DNA of 64,000 bases from the human T2T-CHM13v2.0 reference genome, Homo sapiens (GCF_009914755.1 NC_060947.1); one strand, 5' to 3'. Numbered from the stretch's first letter, positions 18,248-31,380 are shown. Numbers and translations are program-made. Notes: generated from the sequence alone by a model not told the origin.

Positions 18248-19235
18248 GCAAATCAACAAAACAAAGACAGGTTTGTCATGGTGACCTACTTCTCACAGGA
18301 GTCAGGATCCACATCTGCAGACTATACAAAGACAAACAACATAGATTAAAAGCACAATCGTCATTGAAATCACAGAGCTTCCAAGTGTTTTTATCCATTT
18401 TCAGCTCCTTTAAGCACTCCAGTTCCTGGCATTAAGGTCAGTTGTGCCTGGGATGCTTTAAATATTTGTTCTTTTTGTTTTAAATCCTTATGTTAAGCTC
18501 CTAGAGTGGGCCATATCATTTGAGGTTGAGGAGCCACTATACTGCCATGGTTCCAGATAATAGGAACTTTTGCCATACTTCTTATCATTTCTACCATCTG
18601 ACCATTTTGTTCAGATCATCTGAACATAGTGTGGCCATGGCACACAGACTGAGAGGTGCAATTCAAGCTAAACATCCCCTTAGGGGACCAATTAATAATG
18701 AGTCCATAGGAATCGTTGTGCAGCACCTCTGCCTGTTCTGCAATGCAATCTTCCTAAACAAGTACGTTTATTTTTTCTAACTGGGTCCAATCCTGTTTAC
18801 AAATAGGTTTTTGAGAGTAGTATGCCTCAATTATAAGAGCAGATTTATTATGGTAAATACTGAGATCAGAAAACATGTGTTAACTGTGTCACAGAGTGAT
18901 TGCATCCAGGCATTATTGCCAGCCAAGATTGATAAATATCCCCAATAAGTATAATTGTTCTCTGTGTCAGCCCTTATTGAAGGAATAGTCACAGCAGTGG
19001 TGATAACCGCTATCATAGGTACCATTAAATTATTCATTGTGACTTGTTGTCCTTCTTTCCTCATGTTTTCTTCCACCATCTGTGACAGCTTCTTGATCTG
19101 TCCCCAGGTGGGTGACTGTGTTTGACAGGTGTAGCTCATGACAGTTGGGGTCCTCCTCAGTGTCAGTCTTGACATGGCTGCAACCCAGGGATCCTCGGGA
19201 TCCTCCTGGAATCTCTTCCTTGGCATCTGGCTCAT
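18230..19235 (-). pseudogene. env: HML-3 env remnant (about 1 kb, internally deleted)
   Basis: PTWGQIKKLSQMVEENM...NYTYWGY resembles the betaretroviral env signal peptide and SU start. It is roughly half the usual env length. Confidence 0.8.
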
Positions 19236-21690
19236 GATAAGGTTTTAGGTGTCTTGATGGTATCCAAATTGGCTGTTGATTTTGGCCTGGAGAAACACAA
19301 GCATAACTTCTACCCCAAGTTATTATTTTCCTCATTTCCCAACTTTTTGTTATTGGATCTCTCCACCAAATCAGTTGTTCTGCTTCTATTTTTGCTGCTG
19401 GTTTCTGTAGATGCTGTTCAGCTCCTGATAACATTTGTCCTTTGGGCAGGCTCAAAAAATTTAAAGTTAATAATACTAGGTTCAGTTGCATCTGTGGGGT
19501 TCCATATACTCTGTCTCCCCCTTTCTGCTTTTGCAACTGCTGTTTTAGGGAGAGATTCATTCTTTCCACTATGGCTTGTCCTTGAGAATTTTATGGGATA
19601 CCAGTAATGTGTTTAATACTCCACACGGAGAAAAATGTGGCTAGAGCTTGGCTAGTATAGCCTGGGGCATTATCTGTTTTAATAGAAGCTGGAATGCTCA
19701 TCACCACAAAACACTGCAAAGATGACATTTAACACAGGCAGAAGACTCTCCTGATTGGCATGTAGCCCAGACAAAGTGAGAAAAGGTGTCCACACATACA
19801 TGTACATAAGCTAGTCTCCCAAACGAGGGAACATGTGTGACATCCATTTGCCAAAGAGAGTTAGGTTCCAGTCCTCGAGGAATAACTCCTCCTGTAAAAG
19901 ATGAGGAATGTACCATTTGGCAAGTTGGGCATCACTGGATAATAGTTTTAGCTTCTTTCCAGGTAGTGCTGTATCTGCATTTGAGACCAGAGGCATTAAC
20001 ATGGGTTAAATTGTGAAAGTTTCTAGCATTAGATATTGCATTAGCAACTAGGCAATCAGCGATTTGATTCCCTTCAGCCAAAGGTCCTCGAAGAGGTGTA
20101 TGAGCCCTAATGTGAGTGATGTAAAAAGGGTGCATTCTACTTCTAACTGCTGTTTGCAATTTGGTAAATAAAGTCATCAGTTGTTCATCTGTATGAAATC
20201 ATAACTGAGCATTTTCAATTAACTGTGTGGAATGAACCACTGTGAAGAATCAGAAATCACATTAATAGGCATATCAAAAGCAGTCAATAATTCAATTACA
20301 GCTACAAGCTCCACTTTTTGAGCAGAAGTATAGGGTGTCTGGAAAACTTTACGTTTTGATCCAAAATAAGATGCTTTACCATTACTAGACCCATCTGTAA
20401 AAACATTCTCAGCACCTTCAATTGGTTTAAATTTAGTTATTTTGGGGAGAATGCAATTAGTTAATTTCAGAAACTGAAACAGCTTCATTTTAGGAAAATG
20501 ATTATCGAGAATACCCACAAAGTCAGCTAAATGGGTTTGCCAAGTAAGACTATTTATAAAAGCTTGCTGTATTTGTGCCTTCATGAGAGGGACAATAATT
20601 TTTCCAGGATCATATCCATGTAATTTAACAATCCGAGTTCTCCCAATTCCTATCATAGTAGTGATTTGATCTAAATAAGGAGTTAGAGTCCATGAATCAG
20701 TATGTGGAAGAAAAAACCACTCTACTAAGTCCTGTTCTTGGACAATAACACCAGTAGGTGAATGCTGAGTTGAAAAAATTCGCACATCTAGAGTCTTCTC
20801 TGGGTCTGTTCTATTTATTTGAGCTTTATGGACTTGCTTCTCAATTAGTTGTAACTCTGCCAAGGGCTAGTGAGACTAGGATTTCCTCTAAGGATAGAAA
20901 ACAGATGACTCTTGGCATAGGTAGGAATGCCTAGAGGAGGTCATATCCAATTAATGTCCCCTAGTAATTTTTGAAAGTCATTTAATGTTTTTAGTTGATC
21001 CCTACATATGGTTACTTTCTGTGGCACAATGGTAGTGTCATTTACTAAGGCCCCCAAGTAGGAGTAAGGAGTAGTAGTCTGAATTTTGTCAGGAGCTATA
21101 ATTAAACCAGCATGATAAATCAAATTTTGCAAGTGATCATAACATTGGAGTAATATTTCTTGAGTGGGGGCAGCACAAAGTATATCATCCACATAGTGAA
21201 TAATGTAACACTGTGAACATTTTTTATGAGTAGGTTCAATTGCTTGCCCCACATACGTCTGGCAAATTGTGGGACTGTTTAACATGCTCTGTGGCAACAC
21301 TTTCCAATGATAATGCTTAGCAGGCTGCAGGCTGTTTACTGCAGGAATTGTAAATGCAAACCGTTTACAGTCTTGCTCAGCTAAGGGGATAGTAAAGAAA
21401 CAGTCTTTTAAATCTATGACTATTAAAGGCCATTTTTTTTGGAATTATAGCAGGAGAAGGCAATCCTGGCTGTAATGCTCCCATAGGTTGTACAACTGAA
21501 TTGATAGCTCTTAAGTCAGTTAACATTCTCCATTTACCTGACTTTTTTTTAATTACGAAAACGAGAATTCCAGTTTCTCTTTACTTAGTGGCCATTGTTC
21601 TATCCAAATTGGCTTATCTGCTAACCATTTTAAAGGTATAGGTTCTGGAGGCTTAACAATTGCTGCCATCAAAAATGATATCTTAATCTT
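19030..21690 (-). pseudogene. pol: HML-3 pol (RT, RNase H, integrase), disrupted
   Basis: [26 protein letters not shown] (RNase H), HNLTH, WQMDVTH, KTDNAPG, WWRDP; contains stops, frameshifts and deletions. Confidence 0.92.
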
Positions 21691-22600
21691 TGGTGGGAAT
21701 TTTGTCTTTCTGCTTGAAGCGGTTCTTTCAAACCTTGCAAATTTTTTTCTAGTCCCATACCAAGGACATACCCCATTTCATGCATTGTATGTTGACTTTG
21801 AGGGTTATATAATTGTTCTGGAATTAGGACTTGTGCTCCCCTTTGTTGTAATAAATCTCTTCCCCATAAATTTATAGGTACAGAAGTTATAATTGGTTGA
21901 ATAGTCCCAGGTTGTCTGTCAGGCCTTCACAATGCAAAATATAATTACTTTGATATGCTTCAGGGGCTTTACCAACTCCAACTATGTTAAATTGAGTGGG
22001 TTGAATTGGCCATGTGGATGGCCAGTGCTGTAGAGAAATGATTAAAATGTCCACTCCTGTATCTACCAAACCTTTAAATTTCTTTCCCTGAATAGTTATT
22101 TCACAAGTAGGGTGTTTATCAGCAATTTGATTTACCCAATAAGCGGCTTTGCCTTGTTTATTTGTGCTTCCAAATCCTCCTGTTCATTTAATTTCACTTT
22201 TTCCCATTCCCACATATGGCACAATCGGGAGCTGTGCTATGCCCTCTCCTGGCTTTGCTTTCCAGGGAATGGAAGTAGATATAACAATTTGAATTTACCC
22301 ATTATAATCTGAAGCAATGACTCCTGTATGTATTTATACACCTTTTAAACTTAAACTAGACCTTCCTGAAAGTAATCCTATTGTCCCCGCTGGCAAGGGT
22401 CCACAGACTCCTGTTGGGACCTTTTATGGGTGTTCCCCAGGCAGAAGGCTCACAGCTTTTGTGCAGCATAAATCTACTGCAGCACTACCAGCTGTGGTGG
22501 GGGAGAGACATTGTACAGGGGTGAGGGAATGGCCTGAGCTGGAAATGCCCCAGTTTAGAATGGGGCCCGGGACAGGCCCCTCATGGCATTTCCCAAAATC
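21675..22600 (-). pseudogene. pro: HML-3 pro (dUTPase plus aspartic protease), disrupted
   Basis: Minus-strand translation gives the dUTPase motifs AGSAAVDL, GRSS and GVIASDY, and the protease motif VDTGVD. Confidence 0.88.
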
Positions 22601-23872
22601 TGGTTCCCTTCTTTATCAAACTTAGAGTGACACTGAGTAGCCCAATGTTTTCCTTTTTTACATTTTGGACATATTTCAGGCTCAACAGTTTTCTTTTTTC
22701 CCTTATCTGGCGGCCTGACTCACCGATTTTTTCTACATTCTTTTTTAGTATGACCATGCTTCCCACAGTTAAAACAAGCTCCAGGAAATGGAGTATTTCC
22801 TCCATCCACTCTCAGTCCTGCCATTGCTTGTGCTAGCAGAGTAGCTTTATGCAGATTACCTCGAATACCACAGGCCTTGATATAATCAACTAAATGTGCT
22901 TTCCTTCTGATAGGTCACAGAGCAGCCTGGCAATTGGGATTAGCATTGTCAAAAGCTAATAACTGCAACACTACTATATCCTGAGCAGCCAAATCTGCAA
23001 TCATCTTTTTAAGAGACTCCTGTAACCAAGCTATAAAATCAATGTATGGTTCTCTTGGTCCCTGTTTTATAGCACTAAAGGAAGGGTATTGTTCTCCACC
23101 TGAAGTGATTTTTCCCCAAGCTCTAATGCACACTCCTCTAAGCTGTTCTATGGCATCATCCTGCATGACCAGTTGTGCATCTAAACCAGCCCAGCCGCCA
23201 ACCCCCAAAAGTTGGTCTGCAGTTATATTAATTTGAGGTTAGGCCTGGGCATTGTGAGCAGCCTGAATGGAAGCTTCATCTGCCCACCAAGTTTTAAATT
23301 CTAAGAACTGAGCAGGAGTTAGACAAGCTCGAGTAAGAGCATCCCAGTCAGTAGGAATCATCTGTCTGGAAACAGTAACATACTTTTACAGTTCCATTAC
23401 AAAAGGAGAACCTGGTCCATACTGATTTATAGCTTGTTTAAATTATTTGAGTAATTTAAAAAGAAAAGGCTCAAATGTAGCTATAATATTTCCTTGTTGA
23501 TCTGGGGGGTGTATTCTAACAGGGAACTGCCAAGCTTCTAAATCACCCTCTCGTCTAGCTTGCTGAATTCCTGCCTGAGCTAGAACTAAGAGCGGTCACT
23601 CGAGGCACTGCTCAAACAGTCACTGGGGCAACTACTTTTCACCCAGTGGCCTCCAGAAAAGAAAGATCTGGAGGGTCTTTTTCTTCAAAATAATAAGGAG
23701 GGGGTGCAGAAGGGTAGGGATGAACCTCTCCTTCCTTTGCCGCTTTAGCTTTAGCTGGCAAATAAACCTGGTCTGTAACCTCTTCTGTTACTTTGTTATA
23801 CTCTCATTCCTCCTCACCATCAGAGTGAAAAAATTCCAAGGTGAAACGAACCAGACCCCACACCTGTCCCAT
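22500..23872 (-). pseudogene. gag: HML-3 gag remnant
   Basis: MHR IKQGPREPYIDF; zinc knuckles CFNCGKHGHTKKEC and CPKCKKGKHWATQC; ATGGGACAG at 23872. The N-terminal part looks short. Confidence 0.88.
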
Positions 23873-24000
23873 TGTCACCCTGATGCTTCCGAGCTCCCCT
23901 TCTGACTCACCACAGGGATTACTTTAAGAGTACTCGGGTGTCCTCCAGCTAGTTTTCCATTCCAACCGTTGCTCTGGCAACCCTTCAACCTGGATTTGAG

Positions 24001-24018
24001 CCCCCACAATGGACGCCA
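24001..24018 (-). promoter_or_regulatory. Primer binding site, tRNA-Lys-like
   Basis: TGGCGTCCATTGTGGGGG 2 nt after the 5' LTR, similar to the Lys1,2 PBS TGGCGCCCAACGTGGGGC. Confidence 0.8.
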
Positions 24019-24020
24019 CT

Positions 24021-24534
24021 TGCCTAGACCAGCTCGGTCAGGGAGATCCTAACCCATTGGTGCTAGAGGAATTAAAGACACACACACAGAAATATAGAGG
24101 TGTGAAGTGGGAAATCAGGGGTCTCACACCCTTCAGAGCTGAGAGCCCCGAACAGAGATTTACCCACATATTTATTAACAGTAAGCCAGTCATTAGCATT
24201 GTTTCTATAGATATTCGATTAATTAAAAGTATCCCTTATGGGAAACAAAGGATGGGCCGAATTAAAAGAATAGATTGGGCTAGTTAACTGCAGCAGGAGC
24301 ATGCTGCAGTTAAGGCACAGATCACTCATGTTATGTTTGTGGCTTAAGAATGCCTTTAAGTGGTTTTCCACCCTGGGCGGGCCAGGTGTTCCTTGCCCTC
24401 ATTCCTGTAAACCCATAACCTTCCAGCTTGGGCATTAGGGCCATTATGAACATGTTACAGTGCTGCAGAGATTTTGTTTATGGCCAGTTTGGGGGCCAGT
24501 TTATGGCCAGATTTTGGGGGGCCTGCTCTCAACA
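24021..24534 (-). repeat. MER9 5' LTR
   Basis: Direct repeat of 17717-18228, with about 35 substitutions by manual count. Confidence 0.95.
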
Positions 24535-27530
24535 ACATGTAATATTTGGTTTTCTGTTTCAGTGTTAGTATGCTTAGGATAACAGCCTCCAGCTGGGTCC
24601 ATGTTGCTGCAAAGCACAAGATTTTATTATTTTTTATGGCTTTGTAGTATTCCATGGTGCATATGTACTACTTTTTTTTACTTTTATTTTTTAATTCATG
24701 TAATTTTTATTTTTTATTTCAATAGGATTTTGGGGAACAGGTGGTGTTTGGTTACATGAGTAAGTTCTTTAGTGGTAGTTCTTGAGATTTTGGTGCACTC
24801 ATTAACTGAGCAGTGTACACTGTACCCAATCTTTTATCCCTTACACCCGATTTTACCCAGTCTTTCATCCCTTAGAGCCCACCACTCTTTTCCCTGAGTC
24901 CCCAAAATCCATTGTGTTATTCTTATGCCTTTGCATTCTCATAGCTTAAGCTCCCACTTATAAATGTAAACAAACCATGTTTGGTTTTCCATTCCTGAGT
25001 TACTTGACTTAAAATAGTGGTTCCCAATTCCATCCAGGTTGCTGTGAATATCATTATTTTAATCCTTTTTATGGCTGAGTAGTATTCTATAGTATGTCTT
25101 TCCATAATTACCACAATTTCTTTAGCCACTTATTGATTGATGGGCATTTGGGCTGGTTCCATATTTTCACAATTTCAAATTGTGCCACTATACATGCATG
25201 TGCAAGTATCTTTTTTGTATAATGACTTCTTTTGCTCTGGGTAAATACACAGTAGTGGGATTGCTGGATCAAATGGTAGATCTACTTTTAGTTCTTTAAG
25301 AAATCTCCACACTGTTTTCCATAGTGGTTGTACTAGTTTAAATTCCCACAAGCAGTGTAAAAGTGTTCCCTTTTAACTACAAACATGCCAACATCTTTTT
25401 TTAAAAATTTTTTGATTACGGCCTTTCTTGCAGGAGTAAGGTGGTGTTGTGATTTTGATTTGCATTTCCCCGATAATTAGTGATGTTAATCATTTTTAAT
25501 ATGTTTGTTGGCCATTTGTATGTCTACTTTTGAGAATTGCCTATTCCATGGTCTTAGCCCATTTTTGATGGGATTGTTTTTTCTTGCTGATATGTTTGAG
25601 TTCTTTGTAGACTCTGGATATTAGACCTTTGTCAGGTGTATAGATTATGAAGATTTTATCTCATTGTGTAAGTTGTCTGTTTACTCTCCTGATAGTTTCT
25701 TTTGCTGTGCAGAAGATTTTTAGTTTAAGTCTCATCTATTTATCTTTGTTTTTGTTGAGTTTGCTTTTGGGTTCTTGCTCATAAAGTCTTTGCCTAAGCC
25801 AATGTCTAGAAGGGTTTTTCCAATGTTGTCTTATAGAGCTATTATGGTGTCAGGACTTAAATTTAAGGCCTTGATCCATTTTGAGTTGATTTTAGTATAA
25901 GGTGAGAGATAAGTATCGAATTTACTTCTTGTGCCTGTTGCTTGCCAATTATCCCAGCCATTTCTTCAATAGAGTGTCCTTTCCCTACTTTGTTTTTGTT
26001 TGCTTTGTTGAAGATCAATTGGCTAAAAGTATTCGGATTTATTTCTGGGTTCTCTATTCTCTTCCATTGGTCTATGTGCCTATTTTTATATCAGTACCAT
26101 GCTGTCTTTGTAAGTAGGCCTTTATAGAATAGTTTGAAGTCGAGTAATGTGATGCTTCCAGATATGTTCTTTTTGCTTAGTATTGCTTTGGTTATGTGGG
26201 CTTCTTTTGGGGTTCTATATGAATTGTAGGAATTTTTTTCTAGTTATGTGAAGAAAGATGGTGGTATTTTGATGAAAATTGCATTGAATTTGTAGATTGC
26301 TTTGGCAGTGTGGCATTTTTACAATATTAATTCTACCCATCCATGAGCATGGGATGTGTTTTCATTTATTTGTGTCATCTATGATTTATTTCAGCAGAGT
26401 TTTGTAGTTTCCCTTGCAGAGGTCTTTCACCTCCTTGGTTAAGTATATTTTCTAGCTATTGTGAAAGGGCTTCAGTTCTTGACTTGATTCTCAGCTTGGG
26501 CATTGTTGGTGGTAGCAGTACTACTGATTTGTGTACTTTGATTTTTTATCTTGAAACCCTGCTGAATTCATTTATCAGTTCTAGGAACTTTTTGGATGAG
26601 CTTTTAGATTTTTTTAGGTATATGATAATATCACTGAACAGCAATAGTTTGACTTCCTCTTTACCAATTTGGATGCCCTTTATTTCTTTCTCTTAACTGA
26701 TTGCTACGGCTAGGATTTCCAGTATTATATTGAATAGAGGTGGTGACACTGGACATCCTTGTCTTATTTCAGTTCTCAGGGGGAATTCTTTCAACTTTTT
26801 CCCATTCAGTATTATGTTGGTTGTGGGTTTGTCACAGATGGCTTTTATTACATTAAGGTATGTCTCCTCTATGCCAGTGTTGCTGAGGGTTTTAATCATA
26901 AAGGAATGCTGGATTTTGTTAAATGCTTTCTCTGCATCTTATGAGATGATCATGTGCCTTTTTTTTAATTCTACTTATGTGGAGCATCGTATTTATTGAT
27001 TTGCATATGTTAAACCATCCTTCCATCCCTGGTATGAAACCCACTTGATCTTGATAGAGTACCTGTTGGATTTAGTTAGCTAGTATTTTGTTGAGAATTT
27101 TGCGTGTATGTTCTTCAGATATACAGGTCTGTAGTTTTCTTTTATTGTTATATCCTTTCCTGGTTTTGGTATGAGGGTGACAATGGCTTCATAGAATAAT
27201 CTAGGAAGGACTCTCTCTTTCTCTATCTTGTGGAATAGTGTCAATAGGATTGGTAGCAATTATTTGAATGTCTGATAATCTTCAGCTGTAAATCCATCTA
27301 ATCTTGGACTATATTTGTTGGTAACATTTTAATTACCATTTAATCCTGTTGCTTGTTATTTGTCTGTTGAGAGTTGCTATTTGTTTCTGGTTTAATCTAG
27401 GGGTGTTGCATATTTTCAGGAATTTATCCATCTCAGCTATGTTTTCTAGTTTATGCATGTGAAGGTAATCATAGTGGTCTTTAATGATGTTTTGTATTTC
27501 CATGGTATTGGTTGTAATATTTCTCAACTC

Positions 27531-30500
27531 TTTTTTTTATTATTATAGTTTAAGTTCTAGGGTACATGTGTACAACATGCAGATTTGTTACATAGGTATA
27601 CATGTGCCATGTTGGTTTGCTGCACCCATCAACAAGTCATTCACATTAGGTATTTCTCTTAATGTTATCTCTCCCCGAGCACCCTACCCCCTGACAGGCC
27701 ATGGTGTGTAGTGTTTCTGCCCTGTGTCCATGTGCTCTTATTCTTTAACTCCCACCTATGAGTGAGAACATGTGGTGTTTGGTTTTCTGTCCTTGTGATA
27801 GTCTGCTTAGAATGATGGTTTCCAGCTTCATCCATGCCCCTGCAAAGGACATGAACTCATCCTTTTTATGGCTGCATAGTATTCCACGGTGTATATGTGC
27901 CACATTTTCCTTATCCACTCTATCATTGATGGACATTTGGATTGGTTCCAAGTATTTGCTGTTTTGAATAGTGCTGCAATAAGCATACTTGTGTGTGTCT
28001 TTACAGTAGAATGATTTATAATCCTTTGGGTATATACCCAGTAATGGAATCACTGGGTAAAATGGTATTTCTAGTTCTAGATCCTTGAGAAATTGCCACA
28101 CTGTCTTTCACAATGGTTGAAGTAATTTACACTCCCACCAACAGTGTAAAAGCATTCCTATTTCTCCACATCCTCTCCATCACCTGTTGTTTCCTAACTT
28201 TTTAATGATTGCCATTCTAACTGCTGTGAGATGGTATCTCATTGTGGTTTTGATTTGCATTTCTCTGATGACCAGTGATGATGAGCATTTTTTCATATGT
28301 CTGTTGGCTGCATAAATGTCTTCTTTTGAGAAGTGTCTGTTCATATCCTTTGCCCACTTTTTGATGGGGTTGTTTGTTTGTTTTTTTCTTGTAAATTTGT
28401 TTAAGTTCTTTGTAGATTTTAGTTATTAGCCCTTTGTCAGTTGGATAGATTGCAGAGATTTTCTCCCATTTTGAAGGGTGCCTGTTCACTCTGATGATAG
28501 TTTCTTTTGCTGTGCAGAAGCTCTTTAGTTTAATTAGATCCCATTTGTCAATTTTGGCTTCTGTTGCCATTGATTTTGGTGTTTTAGTCATGAAGTCGTT
28601 GCCAATGCCTATGTCCTAAATGGTATTTCCTAGGTTTTCTTCTAGGGTTTTTATGATGTTAGGTCTCACATTTAAGTCAGTAATATATTTATTTCTTCTA
28701 GATTTTCTAGTTCATGTGCAAAGTTTGATTTGCATTTCTCTGATGGTAGTTTGTATTTCTGTGGGATCGGTGGTGGTATCCCCTTTATCATTTTTTATGA
28801 TGTGTATTTGATTATTCTCTCTTTTCTTCTTTGTTAGTCTTGCTAGCGGTCTATCAATTTTTTGATCTTTTCAAAAAACCAGCTCCTGGATTCATTGATG
28901 TTTTGAAGGGTTTTTTGTGTCGCTATCTCCTTCAGTTCTGCTCTGATCTTAGTTATTTCTTGCCTTCTGCTAGCTTTTGAATTTGTTTGTGCTTGTTTCT
29001 CTAGTTCTTTTAATTGTGATGTTAAGGTGTCAATTTTAGATTTTTCCTGCTTTCTCTTGTGGGCATTTAGTGCTATAAATTTCCCTCTAAACACTGCTTT
29101 GAATGTGTACCAGAGATTCTGGTATATTATGTCTTTGTTCTCATTGGTTTCAAAGAACATCTTTATTTCTGCCTTCATTTCGTTAGGTACCCAGTAGTCA
29201 TTCAGGAGCAGGTTGTTCAGTTTCCATGTAGTTGAGTGGTTTTGAGTGAGGTTCTTAATCCTGAGTTCTAGTTTGATTGCACTGTGGTCTGAGAGACAGT
29301 TTGTTATAATTTCTGTTCTTTTACATTTGCTGAGGAGTGCTTTACTTCCAACTATGTGGTCAATTTTGGAATAAGTGTGATGTGGTGCTGAGAAGAATGT
29401 ATATTCTGTTGATTTGGGGTGGAGAGTTGTGTAGATGTCTATTAGGTCCGCTTGGTGCAGAGCTGGTTCAATTCCTGGATATCCTTGTTAACTTTCTGTC
29501 TCGTTGATCTGTCTAATGTTGACAGTAGGGTGTTAAAGTCTCCCATTATTATTGTCTGGGAGTCTAAGTCTCCTTGTAGGTCCCTAAGGACTTGCTTTAT
29601 GAATCTGGATGCTCCTGTATTGGGTGCATATATATTTAGGATAGTTATCTCTTGTTGTTGAATTGATCCCTTTACCATTATGTAGTGGCTTTCTTTGTCT
29701 CTTTTGATCTCTGTTGGTTTAAAGTCTGTTTTATCAGAGACTAAGATTGCAACCCCTGCCTTTTTTTGTTTTCCATTTACTTGGTAGATCTTCCTCCATC
29801 CCTTTATTTTGAGCCTATATGTGTCTCTGCACGTGAGATGGATATCCTGAATAGAGCACACCGATGGGTCTTGATTCTTTATCCAATTTGCCAGTCTGTG
29901 TCTTTTAAATAGGGCATTTAGCTCATTTTACATTTATGGTTCATATTGTTTTGTTAGAATTTGATCCTGTCATTATGATGTAAGCTGGTTATTTTGCCTG
30001 TTAATCAATGTAGTTTCTTTGTAGTGTCAATGGTCTTTACAATTTGACATGTTTTTGCAGTGGCTGGTACTGGTTGTTTCTTTCCATGTTTAGTGCTTCC
30101 TTCTGGAGCTCTTGTAAGACAGGCCTGGTGTTGACTTAGTCTCTCAGCATTTGTTTGTCTGTAAAGGATTTTATTTCTCCTTCGATTATGAAGCTCAGTT
30201 TGGCTGGTTATGAAATTCTGGGTTGAAAATTCTTTTCGTTAAGAATATTGAATACTGGCCCCCATTCTCTTCTGGCTTGTAGGGTTTCTGCAGAGAGATC
30301 AGCTGTTAGTCTGATGTGCTTCCTTTTGTGGGTAATGCGACCTTTCACTCTGGCTGCCCTTAACATTTTTTCCTTCGTTTCAACCTTGGTGAATCTGACA
30401 ATTATGTGTCTTGGGGCTGCTCTTCTCGAGGAGTATCTTAGTGGTGTTCTCTGTATTTCCTGAACTTGAATGTTGGCCTGACTTGCTAGGTTAGGGACGT

Positions 30501-31380
30501 TTTTCTGCATAATATCCTGAAGAGTGTTTCCTAACTTGGTTCCATTCCCCCCGTCACTTTCTGGTACATCCATCAAATATATATTTGGTCTCTTCACATA
30601 GTTCCGTATTTCTTGGAGGCTTTGTTTGTTGCTTTTCATTCTTTTTTCTCTAATCTTGTCTTCTCACTTTATTTCATTAATTTGATCTTCAATCTCTGAT
30701 ATCTTTTCTTCCACTTGATTGAATTGTCTATTAAAGCTTGTGCATGGGTCACAATGTTCTTGTGCCATGGTTTTCAGTTCCATCAGGTCATTTAAGGTTT
30801 TCTCTACACTGTTTATTCTAGTTAGCCATTCATCTAACCTTTTTCAAGGTTTTTAGCTTCCTTTTGATGGGTTAGAACATGCCCCTTTAGCTCAGAGAAG
30901 TTTGTTATTACCGATCTTCTGAGGCCTACTACTGTCAACTCACCAATAAAGGCAGCAGACAGCTTCTGCAGCCTTAAATGTGCCTGTCTGACAGCTCTGA
31001 AGAGAGCAGTGTTTCTGTCAGCATGGTGTTCGAGCTGCAAGAATGGACAGACTGTCTTCTCAAGCTGGTCCCTGACTCCCATGTAGCCTGAGTGGGAAAC
31101 ACCTCCCAGTAGGGGCCAACAGAGACCTCAAACAGGAGGGGTGGGTGCCCCTCTGCAATGGAGCTTCCAGAGGAAGGATCAGGCAGCAATATTTGCTGTT
31201 CTGCAGCCTCTGCTGGTGATACCCAGGCAAACGGGGTCTGGAGTGGATCTCCAGCAAACTCCAACAGGCTTGCAGCTCAGGGGTCTGACTGTTAGCAGGA
31301 AAACTAACAAACAGAAAGGAATAGCATCAACATCAACAGAAAGGACATCCACACCAAAACTCCATCTGTAGGTCACCAAC
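27531..31380 (-). mobile_element. L1PA6-like element with a 5' inversion (about 30943-31380 on +) and a ~1.6 kb internal deletion
   Basis: 3' end ttaagttctagggtacatgtg; ORF1 and ORF2 fragments; degenerate TSD ttctcaa at 27521 and 31381. Confidence 0.9.

Larger units (their letters stand above)
17717..24534 (-). mobile_element. HERV-K(HML-3)/HERVK9 provirus, 6.8 kb, two LTRs, defective
   Basis: Two ~512 bp MER9 LTRs; 6-bp TSD ACATGT (17711-17716 and 24535-24540); PBS, PPT and gag-pro-pol-env remnants in order. Confidence 0.95.

Noticed and set aside
20219-20863. 214-aa pol ORF as a domesticated protein
   Set aside because: It is an RT connection/RNase H fragment bounded by a deletion and a frameshift, with no evidence of selection.
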